Shown here piece after piece: positions 45,415 to 58,150 of a stretch of 64,000 nucleotides of DNA. This DNA is from Microcaecilia unicolor (Eukaryota). Where the stretch lies: contig NC_044037.1 in NCBI RefSeq assembly GCF_901765095.1, forward strand, positions 104,231,279 through 104,295,278, given 5' to 3'. The position numbers and the translations under genes are program-made. Positions within the stretch are counted from its first letter, which is position 1. The number at the start of each line of letters is the position of its first letter. The notes below the pieces were generated by a model. It ran no database searches and had not been told where the DNA came from. It saw nothing but the letters and a program-made list of their open reading frames with translations.

Positions 45415-46148
45415 CAGTTAGCACCAGGTTAGCGTGGGAGCCCTTACCACCACCTTAATGGGTGGCGCTAAGTGCTCCCCCCAGCCAGTGGCGTTCCGTG
45501 GTTGCCTGACACCCAGGGCGGATCGCCACTGCTCCCCCCTCCCCCCCGGGTGCAGGGCAACACGGCACCCACACACATACACACACAGTCCCCACTTTCC
45601 TTCCAAGTTCCAGCTCCGTCCACCCCAGCGTGGCGCCTCGCATCTGCAGCGCAGCTGTAAAAAAAAGAAAATCGCCTCGTCATCGGCCCTTCCCTCACTG
45701 TGTCCTGCCCTCTGACATAACTTCCTAATTCCTCGAGGGCGGGACACAGTGAGGGAAGGGCCGGCGATGAGGTGATTTTCTTCTTTTTACAGCAGTTCTG
45801 CAGATGCGAGGCGCCATGCTGGGGTGGACGGAGCTGGAACCTGGTTGGCAGGTGGGGACTGCATCGGGGGGGGGGGGGAAGGCGGTTCCATGCCGGGGGG
45901 GGTGTGGATGGACGGAGCGGAGCACCCCCCCACCCGCTGACACCCGGGGCGGACCGCCCCCACCGCCCCGCCCTTGCTTCGCCACTGCCCCCAGCATGGC
46001 CACACAGTAAGATCAATCTTACCTCATGGCCATGTCATTTTTTCAGCCTTTTTACCCACTGCGGTAAAAAGGGCCTCATCGTGCAGCAAAAGTGGCCCCC
46101 ACCACTACCGCAGGGCCCTTTTTACCGCAGCTTGGTAAAAGGACCCTA
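45415..46148 (+). mobile_element. MITE-A-related element carrying a large internal palindrome (perfect-looking core arms ~115 bp at 45598-45710 / 45732-45845)
   Basis: 3' end ..ccctttttaccgcagcttggtaaaaggaccctat; core ttccaagttccagctccgtccaccccagcgtggcgcctcgcatctgcagcgcagctgtaaaaaaaagaaaatcgcctcgtcatcggcccttccctcactgtgtcctgccctc | 20-bp spacer | reverse complement. Confidence 0.55.
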
Positions 46149-46377
46149 TAGTTAGTCAAATAATAAAGCTATAATGCATCCACTCTTCCTGTGTAAAACA
46201 TACTAAACAATTGGAACCTCAAATCTCCTGATAGGGGGTTGTAATATTGTTGGATATTCCCCGTCACTTTGGGAGTCCATTTATATCATTGGTTCCTAAG
46301 AGGAAATAAAAGAGCCAGTGTAAAAAAAACCTCCTAGCTGATGGAGAAAATCAACTTAACATAGTAACATACATGGA

Positions 46378-47447
46378 GGGGCATAATCGAACGCGAACGC
46401 CCATTTGTAAAAACGTCCATCTCCGAGAACGGGTCCGTGAAGGGGCGGGCCGAATCGTATTTTAGAAAAAGATGGACGTTTATCTTTAGTTTAGAAAATA
46501 CGGTTTGTGCCGGGCAAATGCATAGGATTTGGGTGTTTTTTGAGCTAGGCATTTTCGTTTTTCAGCGATAATCAAAACCAAAGCACCCCAGCTCAAAAAC
46601 GAACAAATCCAAGGCATTCCCAGAGTGGGTTGATTAGATGTCCTTCCCTTTCCATTAAGTCCCTCCAAGTTTCTGTCAGCCAATCACAGCTGTTTAGCTG
46701 ACATCGTGTCAGCTAAACAGCTGTGATTGGCTGACAGAAACTTGGAGGGACTTAATGGAAAGGGAAGAACATCTAAACAATTGATTCATGTGGTGCAGTG
46801 CTTAGAACACTAGCCTGGGAACCAGAAGGTGGCTGGTTCAAATGTCCTTTTTTACTAATTTTTAATTTGGACGTCTCCAATTGCACTTGCATGTTTTTTT
46901 TCCCTTCGGATTTTTGCTCTCTGCATGGGTCCGGGCAGCACCAACTAAACTAAATTTGCTCTGGGGACCAGCATGCTGCTGTCATGGAGCTAGGGATGAT
47001 ATTTGAGGCTGGCATAGAGGCTGGAAAAAAAGTGTTTAAAGTTCGGGTTTTTTTGGTGGGAGGGGGTTAGTGACCACTGGGGGAGTCAGGGGAGGTCATC
47101 CCCGATTCCCTCCGTTGGTCATCTGGTCATTTAGGGCACTTTTTGGGACCTGTTCGTGAAAAAACAGGGTCCAGAAAAAGTGTCCTAAATTCTGGCTAAA
47201 AAAGCCTTTATTTTTTCAATTATCAGCCGAGCGCGCCCATCTCTCCTCAGTCGATAACCACGCCCCAGTCCCGCCTTCACCATGCCTCCAACACGCCCCC
47301 GTCAACTTTATGCGTTCCCGTGACGCAGTGCAGTTGGAAACGCCCAAAATCGGCTTTCGATTATACCAATTTGGGCACCCACAAGAGAAAGACGTCCATC
47401 TCCCGATTTAGGTCGGATTTTGGGCGTTTTTCTCTTTCGAAAATAAG
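46378..47447 (-). mobile_element. DNA-C copy 2 (inverted orientation), inserted into the microsatellite tail of a CR1-B element; carries a ~400-bp internal substitution (46640-47040)
   Basis: ggggcataatcgaacgcgaacgcc.. ..ggcgtttttctctttcgaaaataag termini; flanks catagtaacata / atagtaacatagtaaatgaaggcag are the (ACTATGTT)n tail of CR1-B. Confidence 0.55.
46625..46790. repeat. near-perfect ~165-bp palindrome (arms ~80 bp) inside DNA-C copy 2
   Basis: ttgattagatgtccttccctttccattaagtccctccaagtttctgtcagccaatcacagctgtttagctgac atcgtg tcagctaaacagctgtgattggctgacagaaacttggagggacttaatggaaagggaagaacatctaaacaattgattc. Confidence 0.75.
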
Positions 47448-48110
47448 CTGGATAGTAACATAGTAAATGAAGGCAGAAAAAGACCTGAACGGTCCATCCA
47501 GTCTGCCCAACAAGATAAACTCATTTTACATGGTATGTAATACTTTATATGTATATCCGAGTTTAATTTGTCTCTGCCTTTCTCAGGGCACAGACCATAG
47601 AAGTCCGCCCTGCACTGGTTTTATTCTCCAAATACCAGCGTCGCCACCCAATGTCCATTAAGATTCCATAGATCCATTCCTTCTAAACAGGATTCCTTTG
47701 TGTTTATCCCACGCATGTTTGAATTCCATTACCGTTTTCATCTCCACCACCTCCCGCGGGAGGGCATTCCACGTATCCACCACCCTCTCTGTGAAAAAAT
47801 ATTTCCTGACATTAGTCCTGAGTCTACCTCCCTGTAACTTCAATTCATGTCCTCTAGTTCTACCACCTTCCTGTCTCCAGAAAAGGTTCGTATGCGGATT
47901 AATACCTTTCAAATATTTGAACGTCTGTATCATGTAACCCCTGTTTCTCCTTTCCTCCAAGGTATACATGTTCAGGTCAGCAAGTCTCTCCTCGTACGGT
48001 TTGCAATGCAAATCCCATACCATTTTCGTAGCTTTTCTTTGCACTGCTTCCAGTCTTTTTACATCTTTAGTCAGATACGGCCTCCAAAACTGAACACAAT
48101 ACTCCAACTG
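47448..48110 (-). mobile_element. CR1-B (second CR1 subfamily) 3' fragment: ORF C-terminus + 3' UTR + (ACTATGTT)n tail (tail continues at 46340-46377 beyond the DNA-C insertion)
   Basis: ORF 47658-48107 (-) ..EYCVQFWRPYL..VQRKATKMV..YEERL..LEERRNRGYMI..RTRGHELKL..VRKYFFTERVVDTWNALP; 3' UTR (rc) ..ttgggcagactggatggaccgttcaggtctttttctgccttcatttactatgttactat. Confidence 0.7.
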
Positions 48111-48589
48111 GTTCCAAAATAATCCTTCTACCTTATAAAACAGATTAGAATGAATGAGTATGCTTTATATTTCTCAATCTAAACATTAAGTTGCTGAAAA
48201 AGGCTAACTTGCCACATTACAAATATATCCAATGTGTGGAAAACACAAAGGTTCACTTATTTTAAGAACAACAGCCCTGTCCAAAGTGGTTTCCACTACA
48301 ATCTTTCAAGTGTCACCATCTGGGGCTGCTCCACGTATCCTCTGTACTACAGTACATTTCCTATCCAACAACCTTTTCTTTTTCAACAACAGTGCCTTGT
48401 TTTGCTTACATAACTCGCTGCTTCAGGAAGAAAAAACCTCCTCTGTAGAATTTTTAAGGCTGTAAAATCTACTGCACCTAACTATACACCATTATAATCA
48501 CCCTTCACCCTGCAGGTGTGTCCCATATTTAGGTACAGTAGGTAATTTGGTGGTTTTGGAGGGCTCATGCTTTCCAGCACAATTGTACT

Positions 48590-49290
48590 AAGTAGAATGG
48601 GATTTGGACCTGGATCCATAGAAACAAAAGAAATGGCAGATAAGAGCCAGCTGGCCCATCCAGTCTGCCCATCCACAGCAATCATTATCTCCTCCTTTCC
48701 CTAAGAGATCCCACATGCCTGTCCCATACTTTCTTAAATTCAGACACAGTCTTTGTCCCAACCACCTCCACTGGGAGGTGATTCCATGCATCCACCACCT
48801 TTTCTGTGAAAACATATTTCCTTAGATTACTCCTGAGCATATAAGCTCTTAACTTCATCCTACGCCCTCTCATTCCAGAGTTTTCCTTCATTTGAAAGAG
48901 GCTCGACTCCTGTACATTAACGCCACAGAGGTCTTTAAAAGTCTCTATCATATCCCCTCTCTCCCGCCTTTCTTCCAAAGTATATATAATGAGAGCCTTT
49001 AGCCTGTCCCCATACGCTTTAATGTAGAGACCACTGACCAATTTTGTAGCCTCCCTCTGGACCGACTCCATCCTATTTATATCTTTTTGTAGGTGTGGGC
49101 TCCAGAATTGTACACAGTATTCTAAACGGGGCATCACCAGAGACTTATACAAGGGCACTATAACCTCTTTTCTTCTGCTGGCCATTCCTTTCCTTATGTA
49201 TCTGAGATTCTTCTGGCTTTGACCGTTGCCTTTTCTACCTGTTTGATCATCATCCCCAATTCTCGCTCTTCTTTCATACACAGAAGTACT
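48590..49290 (-). mobile_element. CR1-B 3' fragment, second copy
   Basis: ORF 48685-49281 (-) ..RKEVIVPLYKSLVMPRLEYCVQFWSPHLQKDI..VQREATKLV..RGDMIETFK..RGRRMKL..LRKYVFTEKVVDAWNHLP; 3' UTR (rc) ..gggcagactggatgggccagctggctcttatctgccatttctttt. Confidence 0.7.
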
Positions 49291-49359
49291 TCACCCCTAT
49301 TCTATACTGTTCCCTTGGATTTTTGCAAACTAAGTGAATGACCCTGCATTTTTTTCACA

Positions 49360-49465
49360 TTACTACTACTACTACTATTTAGCATTTCTATAGCGCTACA
49401 AGGCGTACGCAGCGCTGCACAAACATAGAAGAAAGACAGTCCCTGCTCAAAGAGCATTAAATCTG
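49360..49465 (+). mobile_element. SINE-X copy
   Basis: (ACT)5 tatttagcatttctatagcgctacaaggcgtacgcagcgctgcacaaacatagaagaaagacagtccctgctcaaagagc. Confidence 0.5.
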
Positions 49466-49559
49466 AGTTGTCAATTGCTGGACCATTCTTGAAGCTTTGC
49501 CAGATCCCTCCGCATTCTATCCACACCCTCCAGGGTGTCCACCCTATTACAGAGACAAA

Positions 49560-49900
49560 CTATGTTCACAGTCCACTGCACTGACCACTAGGCTACTCTT
49601 GGGAGCTGTTTGCCACTCTGTCATACAGCCTGGTATCACCTTTCAGTTTCAGTTCTTAAGGGGGTGGGAGGGGGACAGCATCCACTGGGGCATTAAGGAA
49701 GGGTCAAGTCTTAATCCCTCCAGTGGTCAGCTGGTCAGTTAGAGCGCCTTTTTGTAACAGATGTGATTGAAACAGGTCTAGATAAGTATGTCCTTTTTTG
49801 CCTTGGACGTTTCTTCCTGTTCTATTATTGATGAAAGACATCCAACTTTTGGGCCTGCCCTAGTCCCACCCAAAACATGCCTCCAACACACCCCTTTATT
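49560..49900. mobile_element. diverged DNA-C-related fragment
   Basis: ..gggggtgggagggggacagcatccactgggg..ccctccagtggtcagctggtcagttagagcgcctttttg..ggacgtttcttcc..catgcctccaacacacccc parallels DNA-C 47040-47300. Confidence 0.3.
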
Positions 49901-50469
49901 ATTTGGATGAACTGCAATGAAACACGTCATAATTTTGCATCTTGAAAATTGCAATTTAGACTTTTTCAGAATGGATTTTTTTCAGCCATTTTGAGATGAC
50001 TTGTGGGCTTCAAAAATATAACTCCATTGGTTTAAGTTAGTGCCCCTGATGTAGCCCATTCAGGGTGAAGCATGGCCATGTCAGGTGTTATTTTAACTTG
50101 ATTAACCAAATAAATTATTTTAAAGATTTTATCTACCTTTTACCATGTCTGCTTTGCTTCTTCAATTTCCTAGTCTTGTCAAAGATGAAAATCAAAAGGG
50201 TTTCCATATTATGTTGTGGTCAGAACCCAAACTGATAATTGGACAGAATTTCATGATCCTTAATAAAATCTTGTAACTGATCCAAAGCTAACTTTTCAAA
50301 CATTTTGCCCAAAAAAGAAAGAGGAGAAGAAATAGACTGATAATTATCAGGGAACAAAGGATCTAAGAGCTATTTTGGAGTAAAGATCTTACAATTGCCC
50401 ACTTTAAATTAGTGGGAAAAATTCCCTCCTGAAAAGACCTATTCACTGAAAAAGAAATTGGTCAAGTCC

Positions 50470-50700
50470 TCACTTAGGTGTAGATTCAATAAATGGCACT
50501 TGAAGTAAGGTGCAAGGATGATCCACACTAAGATAGTATCCTGTAAAGGGCTCCATGTGTAGAACGATCTTTACAGAATACTAGCTTAATGCACATTTTG
50601 CACCTAACTTTGGGCGTGAGCATTTACGCCTGCCAAAAGCTGGTGTAAATGCTCATGCCCAACTGATGGCAGATAGGCACATAAATGACATTATTCTATA
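50470..50700. mobile_element. MITE-B family fragment
   Basis: ..ttaggtgtagattcaataaatgg..tttacagaatactagc..aggcacataaatgacattattctataacatc. Confidence 0.4.
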
Positions 50701-50829
50701 ACATCTTACCAAATTTCTGGGAATGCCCCTGACCTGCCCATTTCCCTACCATGGCCATACCCTCTTTGGAGTTGGTTCCATGAAATTTAGGTGCACATGT
50801 TACAGAATAGAGTGTTGTGTCAGTTACAG

Positions 50830-51175
50830 GTAGAGTATTTATTGGGTGTGGTATAGTTTGACAAGGTTGTTTATAGGGGGTGGGGCACATTGTAGGTAGT
50901 GGGTAGGAGAAATTGCAGGGGGTATTTTTTTTAGGAGTGGGGCAGCTTGCGAGAGGTAGTTTTAGGAGTGGGTCAGCAGAGGCAGTTTTTGGAAATAATG
51001 CAACATAGGTGGTGGGGCAGTTGTAATGGGTAGTTTTAGAGATGGGGCAATCTGCGGGATGGTGTAGCATATATGAGAGCTGGTTATTGGGCTGTGGGGG
51101 ACAGTTTAGTGGGTTGGGAAGTTGTGAGGGGAGGTAGGTTTTCAGGGGGCAGGGCAATTTGCAAGTTGTGGAAGA
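50830..51175. repeat. G-rich ~38-bp minisatellite, second locus of the 3590-4085 family
   Basis: ..gtggggcagttgtaatgggtagttttagagatggggcaatctgcgggatggtg.. Confidence 0.55.
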
Positions 51176-53754
51176 GTAGGGAATTCTACTTTTTAAACTG
51201 CCTTTCCTTGTTCTCTAACTGCTACATTTTAACCTAGGTTTCTATGCTACAGGAGCTGGAACTCCTTTTCCGATATAAAAACATTAGGCCATATTTAGGG
51301 GGACTCATTTCTCTGGAACCCTTGGCCCATTTTTGAACTCTGTGTTTCTGTTTACTCCCCCAGCCCCCCCCCAAAAAAAAAATAAAAAATCAGGCCAAGT
51401 TTGATCCCATTCTGTTAATTTTGAATGCTACAAAGCTACAACTCCTCCCATAGAAATACATTTGGTCTTTTTTTGGGGGGGGGGAGGGGTACTTATAGCT
51501 GAGGAACTCCCAATAAAATTTGATATGAGTACGAAAATAGGCCTGTTTAAAGTTTTTCCCTCATGCCAAGTTTTATGCTATTCCATTAAATTTTGGGGGA
51601 GTTATTTTGCCTCACCATACAAAAAGGAATTAGCACTCTCACACAAACAGTTACAAAAATCTGCTAAAAAATCCATGTATATGACAATAGCCATCAAAAC
51701 AAAAAAAAGGTTTTTATGTATGCGTTTCTAGCCATCTTTCAACAACATCAAATATGGAGAAAAAAGATCTTAGAAACCAATCTCAATGCCCTTTATGGAA
51801 ATTATCCAGTATGGGTTCAATGTTCAAACCTTAAATCATGGCTAGAGAAATAAAGCTTCAAAGAGAATACGAACAAGCAAGCTGGTGCTCTGAAACTCAT
51901 AGTCATGAAAACAAAAAAAGCAATAAAGTTCACTTATCTGTGTTCAATATCATGTCCAAATCGCCGCTTGCTGCGTCAAGGAATTCTGTAGGGTCATTGA
52001 CCAAACTGTTATCCAACATGGCTCCCATCATAACATTAACATTGGAATATAATCTGCTTGTACCTACACAGTTCTAAATGGATTACATAACAAGAGAACT
52101 AGAAAATTTTACTGGGATTTACATATTAAGAAAGAGTATTTATCAACACTGCTTTATACTTGTACTAACAAATTAATTTAAGACATATTTGTGAAACAGT
52201 ATAGTTTTAACTTTTCTCCTAAAATCTAAATAATTACAAGAGGACCATGAAGCCTTACATAAGTCTACTCCCAATTTTGCTGCTTGAAAAGCAAACAGAG
52301 ATTCACAAATTTTTGTTCTCTTCTTGCCTTTAATAAAAGAGAAACTAAATAGATTGTAAATGCTTTCTCTGCATGGTCTAAGACAGTTTAGTAAATATAA
52401 AATGTTCATACGTATATGACGGAGCTGTACCAAACAAAATTTTATAAAGAATGCAAAAAAAATTAAACTGTATTCTGGCTTCAATTTGGCTTTCTTATTT
52501 TTCAGTATAGGAGCAATTATAATATCTCCTAAATCTTGGTGTTGGGGGGGGGGGGGGGGACAGATGATAAAGAATACTGCAACCACATTAACAAGCAATG
52601 TTTAAATCTCAAAGAGGCCACCCTCATTATATGTGGCAAACAAGAATTGAGTAAACAATAAGGGCTAGTACATTTGCAAAAAAACTTGGTCTAATTGTCA
52701 GCTTGTTCATATTCTTTTTGAAGATTTATTTCTCTGGCCATAATTTAGGGTTTAAACATCAAACACTGATTTTTTTTGACCGATGATTGGAAAATCTATG
52801 CTGGATGATTTCTATAAAGAGCATTGGGATTGGTTTCAGAGGTCTTTTTATCTCCATATTTGATATTGTTGGAAGTTGTTTTCTTGTGATAGAAACACAT
52901 ACGTCACTTTCTTGTTTTGATGGCCATTGTAATATAAATTGAGTTTTTTAGCAGAGTTATTTTGTCCCCAGTATCCCTATTGTATAATTTTTTTTGACTT
53001 CCATTGGGTTGGAAAGAATAACAACTATAACAGATTTGTTTAGAAACAGAATGGCAACTAAGATGGAGAAAATATATTTTTTAAAGTTAATGAATGTTTG
53101 ATCACACAAGGTACATGGGGACTGCCCTTGGAATATTGTAACTGCTGATGTGTCTGTGAATCAACAAACCAGGTTTGTTGAGTCACAAGTACATCAGCAG
53201 TTATGATAATCCGAGAGACAGCATTGCATATTTCAAGGTGTATTGAAATCTGGTGCTATATTTGAGATCTAGAGTGTTGAATACATCAATTTTGAAGATT
53301 CCTGAAGCAGGCCGCTGTGACCAAAACACTATTTGTGTTGAGTCTGTTGGATGTTTGAATAAAATTCCTGCATGATTTACACGTCATCTAGCTCTAATTT
53401 TTTTTTTTTGTGTCAACTTCGCTGTGTTTTCTTGATTTGACTTGTACTTTGCGAGGGACCTTGTTCTTCTGTGTTCTGTTGGAGGCATCCTCTAGCCACT
53501 TAATTCTGTAACCTACCATCACTTTATTGTTTTTTTTTAATACCACGGTTCTTTCTTAAATGTGTATACCTTCCACCTCAGATATTTATGCTAAGGCAAT
53601 ACACGTTTTTTCATCAACCATGAGTATTGGAGGGAACTCTAAGCATTAGCTGTGTTAACACTCCTCACCAGTACTGTTATGAGAGAACCAGGTGTCTTCC
53701 CTCCCTCCCTTCCCGGGATCAAGTGCATTTCCTCATGACACGACTGACTCGTGC

Positions 53755-54067
53755 TCACTCTCTTGAATAGATCACAAACGCAAATCTACTGGGGTATTTC
53801 CTGAGCCACAATGCTGGTGTCAGTGCTTTGCTGGGGTTTTTTTTTGCAGAATGCAATGGTAGAAAGACAGAAGGTGACAGCAAGCAGAAATAATAGTTAT
53901 TCATACTTGAGCTGTTCGACATGGGCTTTTCTCCGATAAATTTATAAACAGCATTGCTCTTGTTTGTGTCTGAGTCAGGATAGTCGAACCACATGGGATT
54001 ATTGTCAATGTCCAGATCATATTCATCCATCACTTCCTGTTCCCTTCGCCTTCTCAGTATTGCTGGA
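53755..54067 (-). CDS. candidate 3'-terminal coding exon of an unidentified host gene (low confidence)
   Basis: minus strand: polypyrimidine tract + ag acceptor (tctcttaccatccatttcttttattggttccag|CAATACTGAGAAGG), open frame ..ILRRRREQEVMDEYDLDIDNNPMWFDYPDSDTNKSNAVYKFIGEK.. to TGA at 53755; AATAAA on the minus strand ~220 nt downstream (~53527-53532); non-repetitive surroundings. Confidence 0.3.
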
Positions 54068-56384
54068 ACCAATAAAAGAAATGGATGGTAAGAGATAATC
54101 CTTGAAAGACAGGAACAGTTAGAAAGACAGCTGAGCATTGGACAAATAAAGCAAACTACAGCTTAGTTCAAATGTGGAGTTTGAGGAGGCACCATGGTGT
54201 GGAATCTGGAGATAAAGTGTGGCTATTTCCTGGGAAAAATGTGTGTTCCTATAACTTTACTGTCTATTGCATTATGCTATATCTCAAGATTTTCCAGGAT
54301 AAATTACATGAAGGACCTGCACTCATGGTATGTCATGTTCAAGGTTCCATCGTTGATGGGACCTCATTTCCTATCATGTCATAAATTATCCCATTCTGTT
54401 ATGTCAGTTCTCATGGTGTTTGATACTAAAGCCCAAACATCTTCAGATTACTGAAATTATGTCCCTACAGGTCAATCATCTAATAGTAGGCCCTTTTGGA
54501 AGATGTGATCACACAAGATTGTTTTCATGTGAAGAGAAAGGGATTAAGACTTATCCTTAGCACTGAATCCTAATGGGAAAGGAGGGAAGATAGATGGGAA
54601 AGTTGCTTAGCAACATGTTGATCAATAAATTACTTCTGGATTTCCTGTATGCAAAATAACTATAATCCTTTCCCTATGCTTTGTAAATGTCCAAATGTAA
54701 TGTTCAACTATACTTAGCCTTCCAAAGTTCCTTAGGTTTCTATGGACCTTTTGAAGGCTAAGTGCTTCGAAAATATGCCTCTTAGTTATTTTCCATTGTC
54801 TTTCAAGAACAATTGTAGCTGCAAGCCTCAGCTGGAAACTCATTCATATTCTTCAAAGTAAGTTTTAACCAACTCTTTTGACAATCTTATCCTATGATAA
54901 TATGAATGAGTCAGTTTCTGGTGTTAAGGCCTTGACATCTCCAGATTACTAAACCCTGGCTTTCATTGGTCAGGGGTCTAAAACTAGGCCAGGTATTTTG
55001 ACCCAGAACAGGGATATAGGCCAATGTGGACAAGCTTTAATGTTAGTGGCTTTAGCTCCATGATGGTAAGAATGAGGGCTGGAGGAAGAGAAAGAGGAGT
55101 GTCCTGGTTTCCCTACACCTCCTTCCCCTCCTCACTTCTTACCCCTAGAGGTCAGTCTTCCTCACCTGACTGTAGTGCTTCACTTGTGACGTTGAGTGGG
55201 GATGGAAGGGAGGGGAAGGGGAAATGAGATGGAGTCACTAAGCTGCTTATCAGTACCAGCTGCTGGAGAGGAACTGTGGGGGTGAGAATACAGGAAAAGT
55301 AACACTTAACAGACCTAGGGAGCACTATACAGTCAGAGAAGCTACTGCCTCAGAACCCTAAAGGGTTGCCCATAACAGGATTTGAACCCACAGCATAAGT
55401 ATATTTTGCATAGGTATTAAGGGAACTGAACTATCCCTCCAGGTCTGGATTTTAGTGTAATGACAGCTGTTGCTTGTTCTGTACTGTCACCTGTAATATC
55501 ACTGTCACCATACAGAATATATCAATCCATCTCAGTCTGTCTCTATATAGTCTCATTCTACTATAATCTAATCTATGTTTAATATTTATAATATTATTGT
55601 ATCCATAGGCAGCAGAAAACGATAAACTACTGGGGTCATAGCTCCAACAATATTTTGTCCAACTTCATCAGCAATTAGAGAGCTTGGAGTCAGGGCTGGA
55701 GATTGGCTGGTTGGGCCTCTCCAAATACAATTGTGTAACATTGTCCCTTGTATTTACCTGTACAGCATTCATTGTATCTATCTAGTGTGTCCCTCCTATT
55801 TCAGGCTGTTTATAATATCTCTAGTACCTCCCACACTTTGCCCAGGACAGGCATTCACCTGGGACAGCCATGGCTGAAACTGGCAGGGAGAAACCCCAGA
55901 GCAGCACTCGGTAACCCTCTAGCATCCTCGTTTCTCACATGGCAGTGCCTTCCTTCCCCTCTCACCAACTTTCCTCACCCTCCCCCCACCCTTTCCAGCT
56001 GCTGTCACAAAGCAAGCCTGAATAGACTCAGCGGTGTCATCCTGGGCTCCTGGAAGAAAATCTTGGGTCCCTGGAGGAAAGATGATGGAATCACAGGTAT
56101 CACAGTCACACCTTGTGACATCACTGCCTGAAGCTCCAAGCAGGCCATTCTAATGAGGTCATGGTGTGCTATCACAGTGCAGCTCAGAATTGCCACAAAC
56201 CTTGGAAGCTGAATCTCTAAATATCTTGAAATCCTCTGTAAGCTAGAAGAACCATAGACGTAATTTCTGAGCACTAATTACCTACCAATTGAATTCAATA
56301 ACATAGGGACCTTCATATGTATATAAATCACTAATACCTGTATATGTAAACATTTATGTGTCAATATGGACATAACACAACTCT

Positions 56385-56568
56385 TCCATTGTACGATTCC
56401 CTAATGTGGCCGTGCCACATGAACTTTATCTTACCACAATATCACTTTGTATTTGTTCACACCGGAGCCTGCAAAGGTCTCTCCGGTACTATGTAAGCCA
56501 CATTGAGCCTACAAATAGGTGGGAAAATGTGGGATACAAATGTAACAAATAAATAAATAAATAAATAT
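56385..56568 (+). mobile_element. LINE-A 3'-tail fragment
   Basis: ..ctatgtaagccacattgagcctacaaataggtgggaaaatgtgggatacaaatgtaacaaataaataaataaataaat. Confidence 0.6.
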
Positions 56569-56574
56569 GCAGCC

Positions 56575-57090
56575 TAAGAGCTAGATTCTATGTATGGTGA
56601 CTAAAAAAATCAGTACAAAAAACCCCACCGCTTAAGCGGTATTCTATAAGTTGTGCCTAAAGTTTGGCGCGGTTTATAGAATAAACACTTAAGCGGACAG
56701 GTCGTGCATAAATTTAGGCACCACCATTTGAACCAACGAAAACTTGGTGCAAATGCCCCATCTAAATTTATGTGTGGAGCACTGTTATTCTATATTTAAG
56801 CATGTAACTCAAAACCATGCCCCCAATCCACCCCAAAACACCCATGACCTTCCCATTTCCACGTCCCCTTTTTTGGACCATATGTAAATTTTAGGCACGG
56901 ATCCCACACCTAACTTTACGTGCGTAATCCACAATTAAATCTAATTAGTGCCAATAATTGTTAAAAAGCCAATTATTAGCACTAATTAGCTCATTAATTT
57001 TATTAAATTGCACACACAAATCAGAGCCACTTCTAAATTTGCATGCACAATTTTGGGAGATCTTTATAGAATCAGGCGGTATGTAACTAA
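56575..57090. mobile_element. MITE-B copy
   Basis: 5' gagctagattctatgtatgg ; 3' tctttatagaatcaggcgg; internal ttaggcac, attagtgccaataattg, attagcactaattagc. Confidence 0.55.
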
Positions 57091-57774
57091 GCACATATTT
57101 CTGATAGCATGTAGTCTGCAGGTGAACTACTACTCACACCTAAGTGTATTTGCACCTGTATACCAGGTTATGCTTATTATTCTCTAAAGGAAAATAAGCA
57201 TCTACTTTTCATTACAAAATATGCACCAATCAGGTGCCCTCTGGCTACCTATATATAGATGCAGAATTCTAGAACAATCCCTCCCATTCATCCTACTACA
57301 GGATTTGGGAAAGGCTGACTTGAAAGGCAACATTATAGAGATCTTAGTAAGAAAGAAAAAAAAGATAGGAACAAAGAATAAGAAAAACTACTTTTTAACA
57401 TTTTCTTTATTGAAAATTATTATATTTTCTACCACACAAAACACTTGTACAGAAATCAAGAGGAAACTATATCAATCTAGGAGCACTTTTCCAATATAGA
57501 AAAGAAATAGTATAGGCATTCAGTCTACAATATTGGGGGGGATAAGCTAAGGAAATTGTGAGGAAAAATCATACCCAGATTCTAATAATTAAGACTAAGC
57601 TAAGTAACACCTGACCATGTAGCTTAATCTACTATTTGCAAAGTTACTCATTGGATCCAGGCAGCAAAAATGATGCTATTTTCTTACTGTTAATAAGGCA
57701 GACAACTGAGTAGGCTCACATACTTGACCGATTTAAATTTTACAATACATTTACAAGGATAGTTAAGAAAAACA

Positions 57775-58150
57775 AAGATCCCCCTATTTGTAGGACTCCT
57801 GGTTCAAGCAAAAGAAAACCTTTTTCTTCTCTTCTGAGTTTCCCTTGTAACATCAGGAAAAATTCTGACCAAAGTACCCAAAAACGTGTATCTCTGTTTA
57901 AAAAACACACATAATAACCAGTCTTGAGTGAAGGTTTGGATGGCTTCCTAAATGAAAAGTTCATAGACCATTATTAAAATGGACTTGGGGAAAATCCACT
58001 GCTTATTTCTAGGATAAGCCGCGTAAAATGTATTGTACTATTTTAGGATCTTGCAGGTACTTGTGACCTGGATTGGCCACTGTTGGAAACAGGATGCTGG
58101 GTTTGATGAACTGTCGGTCTGTCCCTGTATGGCAATACTTATGTACTTAG
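57775..58150 (+). mobile_element. CR1-A 3' fragment
   Basis: minus-strand ORF 57740-57964 is the antisense artifact seen also at 29005-29325; 3' UTR ..ggattggccactgttggaaacaggatgctgggtttgatgaactgtcggtctgtccctgtatggcaatacttatgtactta. Confidence 0.6.

Noticed and set aside
45418-46155. Cluster of ORFs on both strands, up to 182 aa (45468-46016 minus)
   Set aside because: They fall within the palindromic MITE-A-related element. The sequence is GC-rich and self-complementary, so mirrored ORFs are expected and non-coding.
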